Shown here piece after piece: positions 28,599 to 38,920 of a stretch of DNA of 64,000 nt. Numbering within the stretch: position 1 is the first letter of the stretch; every line of letters starts with the position of its first letter. The stretch comes from Candidatus Latescibacterota bacterium (GTDB taxonomy: Bacteria > Latescibacterota > CBDEFO01). Location of the stretch: assembly GCA_965237525.1 (NCBI GenBank), contig CBDEFO010000007.1:256001-320000 (forward strand), read 5' to 3'. Position numbers and translations under genes: made by a program. A model generated the notes under the pieces. The model was not told the origin of the DNA, did no database searches, and saw nothing but the letters and a program-made list of their open reading frames with translations.

Positions 28599-30117
28599 AA
28601 GCCTTGTGAAATAGTTATGTCCCAGGCAGCGTCTGAAGCGCCGATTATGGGTCAAAGAGTAGCATATCGTATCGTTTTGCTGTGGAATAAGCAAAATAGT
28701 CTTATCAGAGTTCTGGTCAGCAAGGAACAGGAGCTGTTTGAAGAACAGGATGCACTGTCTTTGACAGACAGGGCACACATAGACGCTTTCCCCCTTCTTA
28801 TGAAAGATACAAGCCTCTTGAGATTCTGTACTGTTGCAACAAGATTCAACTGTTCATTCAGTGAGGCTGGTCCTCTATAACGGGCTCGTCCCATACCGTG
28901 TTGTTGCCTGGCTTCAGCAAAGATATGTTCACTGCGTTTACGGAGTCTCCGGGAGAGTTTGTAGTCAGCTGTTAATGAGATAGACCGTGCATGATTTCTG
29001 GCTTTCGCCTCTCGCACTTTTCTATCCCGTTCGGCCTGAATATGTGCTGAATTTGTCTTGTTTTTCCATGTAGGAATCGGTTCAATCTTCTCATCGGCTC
29101 GCAGAGGAATATGGGGTATGATTCCCCGGTCAAGTACATCAGCGATAAAATTACCAGAACCGTAACCGGTATCGGCACTAAGTGTCTGAATGTCTTTGGG
29201 CATGGTGTATGTTTCAAGGTCATCTACCATCTTAAGGGCACTTTCGGGCTCTGCTGTCCCTGTCGCCTGCGTGCCCTGAGTCTCAAGGATTACTCTGCTT
29301 TTTGTGTCGATCAGATCATGGCCCATAAACGAGAGAAAAGCCCCTTTGCCCTTCGATTTGCTGTATAAGCGCGCGTCGGGGTCTGTAGTCGAACGGTGTG
29401 TTTGGTTCGTCCACTTTTCACCATGAAAGTCTTTATCCTGAGGATGCCCGGACCTACCCTTTGTCTTATCACCTTCAAAACCGATTCCCTTGAGATAATC
29501 ATCAAGAGAAACAGGGGGTTCTATCGGCTCAATACTTTTCACTGAAGCATCAGCTTGTATCTGAGTGCCGTCGACACTAAGGTGTTTACCGCTCACAAGA
29601 CCGACATCTATGCAACACTGGACTACCTGACGCATTATCCGTTCAAACAACCCACTGGATGCCCACTTGTGATTGCGAAGCTTGTTGATCGTGCTCCTAT
29701 CCGGAACCGCATCATCAAATGTCTGATGACAAAACAACCGATATGCCGCATGCATCCCCACTTCCTGACAGAGCCGATTCTCACTCAAATTATACAGATA
29801 GCCAATAAGGATCATTCGAACAACTAATTCAGGATCAATACCGGGTCTGCCATTGTCAGGGCAATAACAATCTGATACAACGTCTCGTACAAATGAAAAA
29901 TCAACTGCCTCATCAATCTGACGAAGGATATGATCCTCGGGAACTAAATCCTCCATCTGAAAATAGTGAAACATCGGATTTGTCTGTTCCTGCTCTTGTG
30001 GGGTCATTGTTTCCTCCATGTATAATATTATCAATAACATAATATAATACATCGGAGCTGCTTTATCAATGCTTGTTCTATACTACTTTCTGAATCTAAG
30101 GGTTTTTCACAAGGCTT
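28599..30117 (-). mobile_element. IS1182-family insertion sequence, 1519 bp, 13-bp IRs, 4-bp target duplication
   Basis: IRs AAGCCTTGTGAAA (28599-28611) and TTTCACAAGGCTT (30105-30117); CTAA directly outside both ends (28595-28598, 30118-30121). Confidence 0.9.
28652..30007 (-). CDS. IS1182-family DDE transposase
   Basis: LVPEDHILR, NGRPGIDP, VPDRSTI, VDGT, STTDPDA, ADTGY, EHIFAE, NLKRL; ATG 30007 follows GGAGG. Confidence 0.9.
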   Translation of the reverse strand: MTPQEQEQTNPMFHYFQMEDLVPEDHILRQIDEAVDFSFVRDVVSDCYCPDNGRPGIDPELVVRMILIGYLYNLSENRLCQEVGMHAAYRLFCHQTFDDAVPDRSTINKLRNHKWASSGLFERIMRQVVQCCIDVGLVSGKHLSVDGTQIQADASVKSIEPIEPPVSLDDYLKGIGFEGDKTKGRSGHPQDKDFHGEKWTNQTHRSTTDPDARLYSKSKGKGAFLSFMGHDLIDTKSRVILETQGTQATGTAEPESALKMVDDLETYTMPKDIQTLSADTGYGSGNFIADVLDRGIIPHIPLRADEKIEPIPTWKNKTNSAHIQAERDRKVREAKARNHARSISLTADYKLSRRLRKRSEHIFAEARQQHGMGRARYRGPASLNEQLNLVATVQNLKRLVSFIRRGKASMCALSVKDSASCSSNSSCSLLTRTLIRLFCLFHSKTIRYATL

Positions 30118-31124
30118 CTAAGATTTCATCTTTATATGCGAAAAGGGCGGGGGTCCCTCCTGTGTGCAGATATACTACTGTGTGTTCAGGTTTAAGCCTG
30201 CCTTTTCTTATGTGATCTATGAGGCCTGCGACGGCTTTGGCAGTATAGACAGGGTCTAATATGATCCCTTCGGTTCGAGCAAAGAGCACAAGGGCAGAAA
30301 GCCCATCGTCTGTGACTATGCCGTAGGATTCTCCGCCGTAGTCGCAGTAGTAGTCTATGTCTTGATCTTTAAAGTTGAGATTTATGTCGAGAAACCCTGC
30401 AAGTTGACTGCACGATTCTGATAGCCGAGCGCGGGATTGATCGTTGTCTCCGGGGCTTGGGCTCATACCGACGACTTCGTAGTCAAGGCCGAGTGCCCTG
30501 GCTCCTACTGCAAGTCCGTTTAGGGTGCTATCTCCTGAGCAGGTATATATGTAGTCAGGAGATATACCCTCTTGGTCAAACTGGTCTAAAAGTTCGAGCG
30601 TGCAGTCTACGTAGGCTACAGCTCTTAAAATTGAGTTGTCGGAGCTGGTGTTGTAGGGCTTTTTGCCTTCCTTTTTTAGGTCTTCCATCATCTGTTGTGC
30701 CACCTGTTCCTGTGGTTCAAGGAGCCTTACATCGGCGCCGAGTATGTAGTCCAAAAGGAGATTGCCCTGAATCTCTTTTGACTTTTCGCCCTTTCGGCCG
30801 GTTACTACGGCACTCATACCGAGTTTGGCCGCTGCTGCTGCCGTCTGTCTGGACTGGTTGGACTGCGCCGCCGCGCCGTGCACCAGAACGTCGGCCTTTT
30901 CCTTGGACCGCAGGAGCAAGAGAAAAGGCGAGCTGCCGTGCTTTGTTGCCTCCGAAGGCGAGGCCAGTAAGATCGTCGCGCTTTATATATATCTTCGGTC
31001 CGCCGAGGGCGCGGCTGAGTCTCGGGCACTCCTGAAGGGGCGTAGGGAGCGCCGCTATATCAATGCGGGGCAACTTTGAGAGGATGTCTTTCAGTTGCCC
31101 TCTTGTGATCGGTGTATTGAGCAT
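30107..31124 (-). pseudogene. D-cysteine desulfhydrase / ACC deaminase family PLP enzyme, +1 frameshift near 30897-30906, C-terminus cut by the IS
   Basis: [20 protein letters not shown] in one frame; QSN, GNLLLD, LDPVYTAKA, HTGG in the next. Span is 3n+1. Confidence 0.85.
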
Positions 31125-31487
31125 GGGTATCCCTTAGATTACGATTGTGGTTCAGAAAAAGTGTTGTATTCATCTTAGGTCTGTGAAAGCAAGTTAAGAG
31201 AAATAGTCTGAGCATCCCTCGTACAAGCCTGCCTTGCTTAAATTTTTTCTTTTTCGTCCTTTGTTACATCAAATGATTGCGACTGGACATAAACATATCA
31301 TTTTGATTAATAATAAGTTATAGAAAATCCAGTCAGCTTGATTTTTTGAAGAGACACGAAAGGCATTTAAGGCACTCGTTCATCACGAGGTAACCATAAA
31401 AGCCTTTCGGTCTAATGTGTGGCATTGCGGCTAACGTCTTTCATGGGGTGTTAACTGAAGTTTGCCTACATACCCAAATTTGATAGC

Positions 31488-32418
31488 CTACCAAGGAGTG
31501 TCAGCAAAGTATTCTCTAATCTCGAAGCCATCGTTCTCATCGAATTTTCCGATGGTGTTATAGGAGTTAGTCAACTCCCATCTCCAAGAGTGATCGTTTT
31601 GCTGTTCCCACACGACTTCCGGAAAGGGACAAAACATACCAGTTGGCAAAGGAACTTTTGGACGCCAGTGATGCAGAATCAAGCAATGAAGACCGTTTGC
31701 CAGGACGTTGCCGATTAAGAGTGTCAAACCAGTCGCAGGCTACTACAGCAGACAGATTGGGGTGCTGTGGAGAGGCGCATTCATCTGGCAACATGACGCC
31801 GCCAGGGGGTTGGAGTTTAGACAGTTTCCGCGGGAAATCTTCATTGAGATTTCCATCGCCTAACGATGCGCCATATGCCGCTTGTTCGATATTCGACGAC
31901 TTCAAAGTATGATCGCCCAGGAATACCAATAGAAGTAAGGGCATATTCGTACTCTTGTACTTGTTTGACTTCTCAGAGATTCGGTCTGCGATCTTCTTCG
32001 CTCTGTCGCCTCTATCTACCGTGCCAAGACTGTATTCTGTTTGGCAGAATATCGTACGAGTCGGGTTGTATGTTAGAAACACATCCAGGAGAAACTCCGT
32101 TCGGCCTGCACTCACCTTGAAATCGGGGGTCAATCCTCCTACCTGCGGGTGATACTTCGGATTCAACTGCATTCGGAAGAGCAACTCATGGGCTACGAGT
32201 TCATGAATGAGTGCATCGATGTCTGTCTCGTCTGCCTTCTGGACTCTTGTCAGAATCTGAGATTGCGTCTTCTGCTCAAGTCTCTCAAAACACTTGGCAA
32301 TGAAATTCCGTGTCTCCGTAGCTGCCCGGCCAGGGTCATTTGCCAACCATGCTGCCCAAGGGGATTTGTTCAGGTTTCGTCGCAGATATTCGATGAACAC
32401 TTTTCGATCTATTGTCAA
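31488..32418 (-). pseudogene. Hypothetical protein, possibly PD-(D/E)xK nuclease-like, +1 frameshift near 31691-31698
   Basis: The 283-aa ORF (..HEL..TPDF..LLDV..) joins the downstream frame (LHCLILHHW..) on removing one base. Span is 3n+1. Fold call is a weak inference. Confidence 0.5.
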
Positions 32419-32542
32419 ATTTCAGTTAACTTGCTTATATCCGAACTATGTCACATATCTTTCCATTTTCCTGTGCTATCCGAAGTTTGGACCTACATTA
32501 CTCTGGGTGAACTCCAGGACATCCACCTTTTCGGTTTTCAGT

Positions 32543-32563
32543 CCCCGGTTGATGCTATCGGGG
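32543..32563. repeat. Family A element, intergenic
   Basis: CCCCGGTTGATGCTATCGGGG. Confidence 0.75.
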
Positions 32564-32606
32564 ATTCATCTTTTGTCGATAGATTATCGTAAATCGCACT
32601 GTTCCC

Positions 32607-33731
32607 TTAGGTCTCAATCGGGACGGATTTTGCGGATGATTTCCTCTTCGTCGCTCTGATGTGCTTTGGTTTTCCTCTTTGGCGGCGGGACTTTATGAGT
32701 TCTGCAACTATGCTGACCGCTATCTCTTCTGGGTTATCGGCATTTATGTCTATGCCGATGGGGCCGTGGACGGCGTCAAGTAGCTCTTTTGGAATGCCTC
32801 TTTTTTCGAGCTTTTTCCACATAAGGGCTATTTTCCTTGTGCTGCCTATCATCCCTATGTATCTGGCTTCGGTCCAGACTGCCTGCTCGATGACCTTTTC
32901 ATCCCATTGGTGTCCCCTTGTGACGGCGACAAGATAGGATGAGTCGTCTATTAGGAGCTTTTCCACGACGCCGTCGAACTCATCTACTATGACCTCGTCG
33001 GCATCGGGGAATCTCTCGAAGTTGGCAAAGAAGGGCCTGTCGTCTATTATGACGATCCTGAACCCTGCTGTCTTGGCAATTCTTCCTATGGCTTTTGAAA
33101 CGTGACCTCCTCCGAATATATAGAGAGTGGGATCAGGGAGGATGGCTTCGAGGAATACTCTGAAGGTTACATCACTGTCGGGCTGGTGTATGTCTATATC
33201 GAGGACTTTGAGTGTATCTTCGTCCACCACACTCTGGGCTTCCTCTTCGATTCGGCGGTCGAGCTCTTCTGAACCGAGTGTCCCTATTGTATCTCCATCC
33301 CTTTTTACGAGCATCTTTCTGAGTTCTTTGGGATCTTCGGAGACCAGCGTGGCAAGCGCGGCGTACCCTCTTTCTGATTTAAGCTTTACTATCTCTCTGA
33401 AAATCTCGTTAGAACCTTCGGAGGATATGGGCTCTGTAAAGATCTCTACGCTGCCGCCGCAGTTCAGGCCTTCTTCTCCGGCGTGCTTTTCTGTCAGGAT
33501 AAAGCTTTGGAGTCTCGGGGTTCCCTCTGCCATGACAGTCTGGGCCTCCCTCCAGACCTCAGCTTCCATGCAGCCTCCTCCGACTGTTCCTACGATCTTG
33601 CCGTCGCTTTTGGCAAGCATTTTGGCCTTTTTGCTCATAGGCAAAGAGCCGAAGCTGGAGACTATGGTGGAAAGGGCACCCTTTTCGCCTCTTTCTATTA
33701 GATTTATGAGTTCTACAAATACTTCTTCCAT
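32607..33731 (-). CDS. XdhC/CoxF family molybdenum cofactor chaperone
   Basis: GTVGGGCME, CGG, FGGGHV, DDRP, VTRGH..D, YIGMIGS, GPIGIDI..PEEIAVSI. Confidence 0.92.
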   Translation of the reverse strand: MEEVFVELINLIERGEKGALSTIVSSFGSLPMSKKAKMLAKSDGKIVGTVGGGCMEAEVWREAQTVMAEGTPRLQSFILTEKHAGEEGLNCGGSVEIFTEPISSEGSNEIFREIVKLKSERGYAALATLVSEDPKELRKMLVKRDGDTIGTLGSEELDRRIEEEAQSVVDEDTLKVLDIDIHQPDSDVTFRVFLEAILPDPTLYIFGGGHVSKAIGRIAKTAGFRIVIIDDRPFFANFERFPDADEVIVDEFDGVVEKLLIDDSSYLVAVTRGHQWDEKVIEQAVWTEARYIGMIGSTRKIALMWKKLEKRGIPKELLDAVHGPIGIDINADNPEEIAVSIVAELIKSRRQRGKPKHIRATKRKSSAKSVPIET

Positions 33732-33782
33732 CTTAATTATTCACCTCCGGTAAACTGGGCGAATACATGTCTGCACCCTGAT

Positions 33783-36140
33783 TTATCTTCGTCTTTGCCG
33801 AGTGGGTCCCCTGCTTTTTAGGGATTTGACTATCTTTTCGGGAGTAATTGGAAGTTCTTTGATTCTGACTCCGACGGCGTTGTATATGGCGTTTGCTACC
33901 GCTGGTGTGGCGGGGATTATGGATTGTTCTCCAACGTCTTTGGAGCCGTACGGTCCATCGCCGGTTTTGTCCTCTACGAGTATGGCTTCGATCTGAGGCA
34001 CATCCAGGGCGCAGGGTATCTTGCCACTTAGTGCGTTGCTGCCTGCCTCCGTAGCGAAGTGGTTGGGGTATTCATCTAATATGGCCTGTCCTATGCCCTG
34101 GACAGCTCCGCCCTGGATCTGCCCTTCGACACAGAGGGGATTCAAGGCGAAACCCACGTCCTGGGCTGCAACGAAGCGCAGGATCTTGACAAATCCAGTT
34201 TCGGGATCTACTTCAACGTCGGCTATCTCTGCTACGAAGGCGGGCTCATCGGGGAGGTCGCCGACCGATCCGATGCCCATTACAGGACCTATCTTGGGGT
34301 TTGAAAGGCTTATCTTTATAAGTTCACCTATGCTTATCTTTTTCTTCGATGAGCTCTTCAGATAGACGTGACCTCCTTTGAGTTCGAGATCGCTCCTGCT
34401 GGCTTCAAGTCTCTCGACAGCAAGGTCGAAGAGCCTTCTCTTAAGGTCCCGTGAAGCTTTTCTCACGGCCCTGCCCACAGCTCTTGTGCCCGTGCTGCAT
34501 GCGCTGGATGTCGAATGGGGTGCAGAATCGGTGTCCAGCGTGGTGATCGTGATATCTTCCACGGAGACACCCATCTCCTCAGCAGCGATCTGGGCCAGGG
34601 CTGTATCTGAGCCTGAGAGGTCTATGGCGCCTGTGTTGACGCAGACTGTGCCGTCTTGGTTGAGTTTGATGTACACGCTGGAGGCGAGTCCCTTCGAAAG
34701 CCAGTATCCGCATCCGATACCTCTTCCCCGACAAGGGTCAGTCGCCGACCCCCTTCCGAGTTTGCGGCTCTTTAAGCCCCCTGCGCGCTTCAAAGCTGCT
34801 CTGAATGTCCGGTACATTCCATCGCCTTGAAGGGTTTCGCCTGAAAGGGGCATATCGAAAGAACTTTTTGCAGAGAAGGGGAGTCGGTCGCCTTTTCTTA
34901 AGAAATTCTTGAGTCTGATTTCAACAGGACTAAGGTTCAGTTTTGCGGCTATCTCCTCTATTTGAGTTTCGATGGCAAAGCAAATCTGGGGATGTGCAGA
35001 GGCGCGGTATCCTCCGCAGCTTTGCTTGTTGGTATAGACGCAGTAGGCTTCTATTTTAAGATTGGGGATCCTGTAAGGCCCTGCACCGCTCTGGGAGCCT
35101 GTCTGGGTGGTGATGGGACCGTAGCCGCTGTAGGCTCCGGTGTCGAAGATCATCTTCATCTTTCTGGAAAGAAAAGTCCCGTCTTTTGTTACGCCGGTTT
35201 CGATTTCGACATGGACGGGATGTCTCGGTCTGGAGCAGAGGAAACTTTCTCTTCGAGTCAGGACAATTTTGACAGCGCGTCTGGCTTTGAGGGCTAAAAG
35301 GGCGCAGGACGGCTCTATCAGGGGGGTAAGATCTCCTCCGAAGCCGCCTCCGACGGCAGCAGGGATGACTCTGATCTTTGTCATGGGTATCTGGAGTGCC
35401 TTTGAGAGCACTTCTCTTACTAGGAAGTGCCCCTGTGTGGAGGTCCAGATGGTGAGTTTGCCGTTTTCATCCACATCGACAAGGACTGCATGAGGCTCGA
35501 TTCCGGCGTGATAAAACACGGGGATTCTGTACGTATCTTTGAAAACGTAATCTGATCCTTTCAATCCTGCTTGGACATCTCCCTGCTCCAGGACGTAGAA
35601 TCCGAGTACGTTTCTCCGTTTTCCTTTTCCCGGTTGATTGGAGTTCCCCAAAGGTATCGAAGAACTTTCTGGGGAAAAGCAAAATTCGGTCTGGTATTCA
35701 CTTAAGTGTTTGTGGATTACGGGAGCGTCGGGCTCGATGGCTTCCGAGGGGTCTTGTACAGAGGGGAGAACCTCGTATTGCACTTCTATATGTTCTATTG
35801 CATCCTCGGCTGTGGATAGGTCTTTAGCGGCGACAGCGGCGATGCTTTCCCCCTGGTAGCGGACTTTGTCTTTTGCGAAGATGCGGGCGTCTTTGTATAT
35901 CCCTCCAAAGAGGACATTGGGCGCGTCTTTATATGTGGTAAGGGTTACAACACCGGGCAGAGCTTGGGCGCGGGATGTATCGATGTCCAGTATCCTTGCG
36001 TGCGGATGGGGACTTGTTAATATCTTCCCGTAAAGCATTCCGGGGAGTTTGAAGTCCGATGCGTATTTCAATTGTCCTGTGAGCTTGGAGGCGCCTTCGA
36101 GTCTGGGTATAGATTTTCCGACTACGGATAGGTCTGGCAT
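33783..36140 (-). CDS. Xanthine dehydrogenase family molybdopterin-binding large subunit
   Basis: SPHPHARI, IEPH, STQ, VGGGFGG, GQIQGG..QGIG, GPYGSKDVGE, ANAI..LPITPE. Confidence 0.92.
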   Translation of the reverse strand: MPDLSVVGKSIPRLEGASKLTGQLKYASDFKLPGMLYGKILTSPHPHARILDIDTSRAQALPGVVTLTTYKDAPNVLFGGIYKDARIFAKDKVRYQGESIAAVAAKDLSTAEDAIEHIEVQYEVLPSVQDPSEAIEPDAPVIHKHLSEYQTEFCFSPESSSIPLGNSNQPGKGKRRNVLGFYVLEQGDVQAGLKGSDYVFKDTYRIPVFYHAGIEPHAVLVDVDENGKLTIWTSTQGHFLVREVLSKALQIPMTKIRVIPAAVGGGFGGDLTPLIEPSCALLALKARRAVKIVLTRRESFLCSRPRHPVHVEIETGVTKDGTFLSRKMKMIFDTGAYSGYGPITTQTGSQSGAGPYRIPNLKIEAYCVYTNKQSCGGYRASAHPQICFAIETQIEEIAAKLNLSPVEIRLKNFLRKGDRLPFSAKSSFDMPLSGETLQGDGMYRTFRAALKRAGGLKSRKLGRGSATDPCRGRGIGCGYWLSKGLASSVYIKLNQDGTVCVNTGAIDLSGSDTALAQIAAEEMGVSVEDITITTLDTDSAPHSTSSACSTGTRAVGRAVRKASRDLKRRLFDLAVERLEASRSDLELKGGHVYLKSSSKKKISIGELIKISLSNPKIGPVMGIGSVGDLPDEPAFVAEIADVEVDPETGFVKILRFVAAQDVGFALNPLCVEGQIQGGAVQGIGQAILDEYPNHFATEAGSNALSGKIPCALDVPQIEAILVEDKTGDGPYGSKDVGEQSIIPATPAVANAIYNAVGVRIKELPITPEKIVKSLKSRGPTRQRRR

Positions 36141-36149
36141 CTATAATCC

Positions 36150-36620
36150 TTATAATTTTCTGGCTCGGCTTACGGAAGCTATAGCTTCTACAATCTTGGT
36201 GTAGCCGCTGCAACTACACAGATTTCCAGCTATCCCCATTCTGATCTCCTCTTCTGTCGCTTTGGGGTACATTTCGAGGAGGTTTTTGGCTGCAAGCACC
36301 ATTCCGGGTATGCAGAATCCGCACTGGATGCCGCCGTATTCGGCAAAGGCCTGCTGAATCGGACTCAATTTATCCGGACTGGCGATTCCTTCTATGGTCG
36401 TGATATTCTTTCCTTGGGCTTCCACAGCGAGGATAAGACAGCTATTGACGAGCAATCCGTCCATTATTATACTGCAGGCCCCGCATTCGCCGGAACCGCA
36501 TCCCTCCTTTGCACCGGTTAGATCAAGTTCGTCACGAAGAAAGTCCAAAAGCGTTATCTGATGTTCAGCCAAGCCCTCTCTTTTCTCTTTATTTACAGTA
36601 AGCTCGATCAAGTATTTCAT
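36150..36620 (-). CDS. 2Fe-2S small subunit (CoxS/XdhA-type)
   Basis: GCGSGECGACS, NSCL, QCGFCIPG, GNLCSC. Confidence 0.93.
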   Translation of the reverse strand: MKYLIELTVNKEKREGLAEHQITLLDFLRDELDLTGAKEGCGSGECGACSIIMDGLLVNSCLILAVEAQGKNITTIEGIASPDKLSPIQQAFAEYGGIQCGFCIPGMVLAAKNLLEMYPKATEEEIRMGIAGNLCSCSGYTKIVEAIASVSRARKL

Positions 36621-36667
36621 TTCGATTCGTCTAAATTATTAAGTTGGGGAGGTGCACTTTCTATTGG

Positions 36668-37540
36668 CTACTTTGTTTTCGCCTCCTCCAGTGCTCTGCA
36701 GAGGACTCTTTTTGTGAGGACCTTGACTAACTCCCTTCGGTATTCGGCTGTGCATCTTCTGTCGTCTGTGGGCTTTGCCTCTCTTGAGGCTATCAGGGCT
36801 GTATTTGCTATTGCTTCGGGGGTAAGTGTCCTGTCTTTCAGGGATCTTTCGGCCCTTTTAGCTCTTATAGGTTTGGAAGCGACAGCCCCGAGCGCGATTC
36901 TTACGTCGGCGCAAATCGCCTCGATCCTTCCCAATACTACCGTTGCTGCTGCGTTGACGAGGCTCGTATCTATTGCGCCTCTGGCCTGTCTTGCAAAGGC
37001 TGCTCCTGTGCGCTTTCTGGGATTGGGGATATGTATCTCTGTCAAAAGTTCGGATTTTCTAAGGGCGGTCTTGCCCGGTCCCTTGAAGAATTCGTCGGCT
37101 GCAACCCATCTTTCGCCTTTTGGTCCAGCTATTTTGAAGCCGGCCCCAAAGGCTATAAGGGCAATTGCAGGTTCCGATGTGGGGGAGGCGTTGCAGAGAT
37201 TCCCTCCTATGGTGCCTCTATTTCTGGTCTGTATTGAACCGATCTTATTGACGGCTTCTGCAAGGGCACTGTAGTGATCCCGAACGGGTAGAGATTCTGT
37301 GATTTCTCTGTATGTGATTAAAGCTCCGATTCTCATGCCGTTTCTGGTGTTGTATTTTATGTATTTTAGGTTGGGGATCTTTTTAATGTCCACTACATAA
37401 ACAGGTGTGATCTTTCTCTGGCGCATCAAAAGTACCAGGTCTGTACCTCCGGCAAGGATTTTAACTTTGCCGCCGTATTTTAGAAGCAGCGATACGGCTT
37501 CATCGAGGCTTTCAGGCTCAAGGTACTGGAATCGCTTCAT
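36668..37540 (-). CDS. FAD-binding medium subunit (CoxM-type)
   Basis: AGGTDL, RIGA, QTRNRGTIGGN..ASP, DDRR..EYR; start at ATG 37540. Confidence 0.92.
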   Translation of the reverse strand: MKRFQYLEPESLDEAVSLLLKYGGKVKILAGGTDLVLLMRQRKITPVYVVDIKKIPNLKYIKYNTRNGMRIGALITYREITESLPVRDHYSALAEAVNKIGSIQTRNRGTIGGNLCNASPTSEPAIALIAFGAGFKIAGPKGERWVAADEFFKGPGKTALRKSELLTEIHIPNPRKRTGAAFARQARGAIDTSLVNAAATVVLGRIEAICADVRIALGAVASKPIRAKRAERSLKDRTLTPEAIANTALIASREAKPTDDRRCTAEYRRELVKVLTKRVLCRALEEAKTK

Positions 37541-37650
37541 GCGTCCCTCCATTATGAGAAGGATTGGAGTTGAGGTAGAATTTCGGTTTTTCCTGTTCAG
37601 CCACCAAGGCACAAAGACAATAAATTTGTGTCATTGTGGCCTACCTTTAA

Positions 37651-38839
37651 TCAACTCCATGTCCTTTTGAGGGTCCTTCCCAGATTTAAGAGGCTCTCCA
37701 AGTTGTGCGCCGGGAGGAAATAATCTACATAGCTCAGCGATGTCTTCATTCCGGCGCAGAGGGGCTGATAATCGGGATTCCCCAAGAGTGGATTGAGCCA
37801 GATTATCCTGTAGGCTCTCCTCTTTAAAAGCTCCATTTCTCTTTTCAGAAGGTCCGTTCCTCCCCTGTCCCAGCCGTCACTAACTATTATGACGACGGTT
37901 TTGGAGTTGATCAAGTCTCTACCGAATTTGGAATTGAATTCTAAAGAGGCATTTGCCGATGTTCGTGCCGCCCGACCAGTCGGGTGTCCTTTCAAATATC
38001 TTTCTTAGAGATGTCTCGACTTCCACCGTGCTTAGCAGGTCAGTGATGACTGTTAGTCTGGTGCTGAAGACTGCTACTTGAGCGTCGGGGATCTCCTTCT
38101 GGATGCCGTACATAAACTGAAGGACGAATCTGGAGTAGAAGTCCATTGAGCCGCTGACATCGCATATCAAGGCCAGTTTGTTCTTTTTTATCTTTCTTCT
38201 CTTCTTGATGATTTCGATGGTGTCCTTACCATATCTTATGTTTTTGCGCCAGGTACGGCGAAAGTCAACCTGGCCTCCTTTGATACTGGGCCTTCTTCTG
38301 CGACTAAGTTTGGTGGCTATATTCGGGGCTAATTTGGCTATGGTTCTCCTTGTATCCTCTACCTCTTTTTCGGAAAGCTTGTCAAATGCCTTTTTGGCGA
38401 GGGTCTCGTCGGGGCTGTAGCTTACAGTTTGGTTTTCTTTGTCGCTCCCTTCCTGTGGATCGTTTGACCGTTCGGTCAACTGTATGAACTCGGATTTGCG
38501 ACCTGTATGGTCGATAATCTGATCTTCCTCCTGCACTAGTTTATCGTCTACTGGCTCTGTGGATGGAAGGTGTTCCCAGGAGGTCTGGAAGACTCTGTCG
38601 AAGGTCTCTATATCCTCTACTCTGGAGATGAGATTGGCTTTAGCTGTATGGTAGAAGTCCCTCCTATCTCTAATATCTACGCAGTCGAAGCTCCTGAAAA
38701 GGTCTATCATGCGGCCCGAGGTGACCTCAATTCCGGCTTCTCTAAGGGTTCTGACAAAAGAGAGAATCCATCCCAACAGGCTGTGCCGCTCCTGTTTTAC
38801 CCCAAGAAGTTCTTCGACCACCTCACGTTTTCTTATCAC
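37651..38839 (-). pseudogene. CoxE-like VWA domain protein, +1 frameshift near 37943-37945
   Basis: DVSGSM, FSTRL, WSGGTNIG then, in the next frame, SDGWD and IIWLNPL; GTG 38839 follows AGGAG. Span is 3n+1. Confidence 0.85.
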
Positions 38840-38920
38840 TTTCTCCTCACTACCGGCGGGAAGCGGGTGGTAGCAATGCACGCAGTGCCCAGGCCGCCTT
38901 TTTGGAGATCCCTTTCTGGA

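Noticed and set aside
31425..31487. attC site after the orphan gene
   Set aside because: The core sites match poorly and lie too close together; no integrase is present.
33783..36140. Aerobic CO dehydrogenase CoxL
   Set aside because: It lacks both the AYxCSFR and AYxGAGR signatures.
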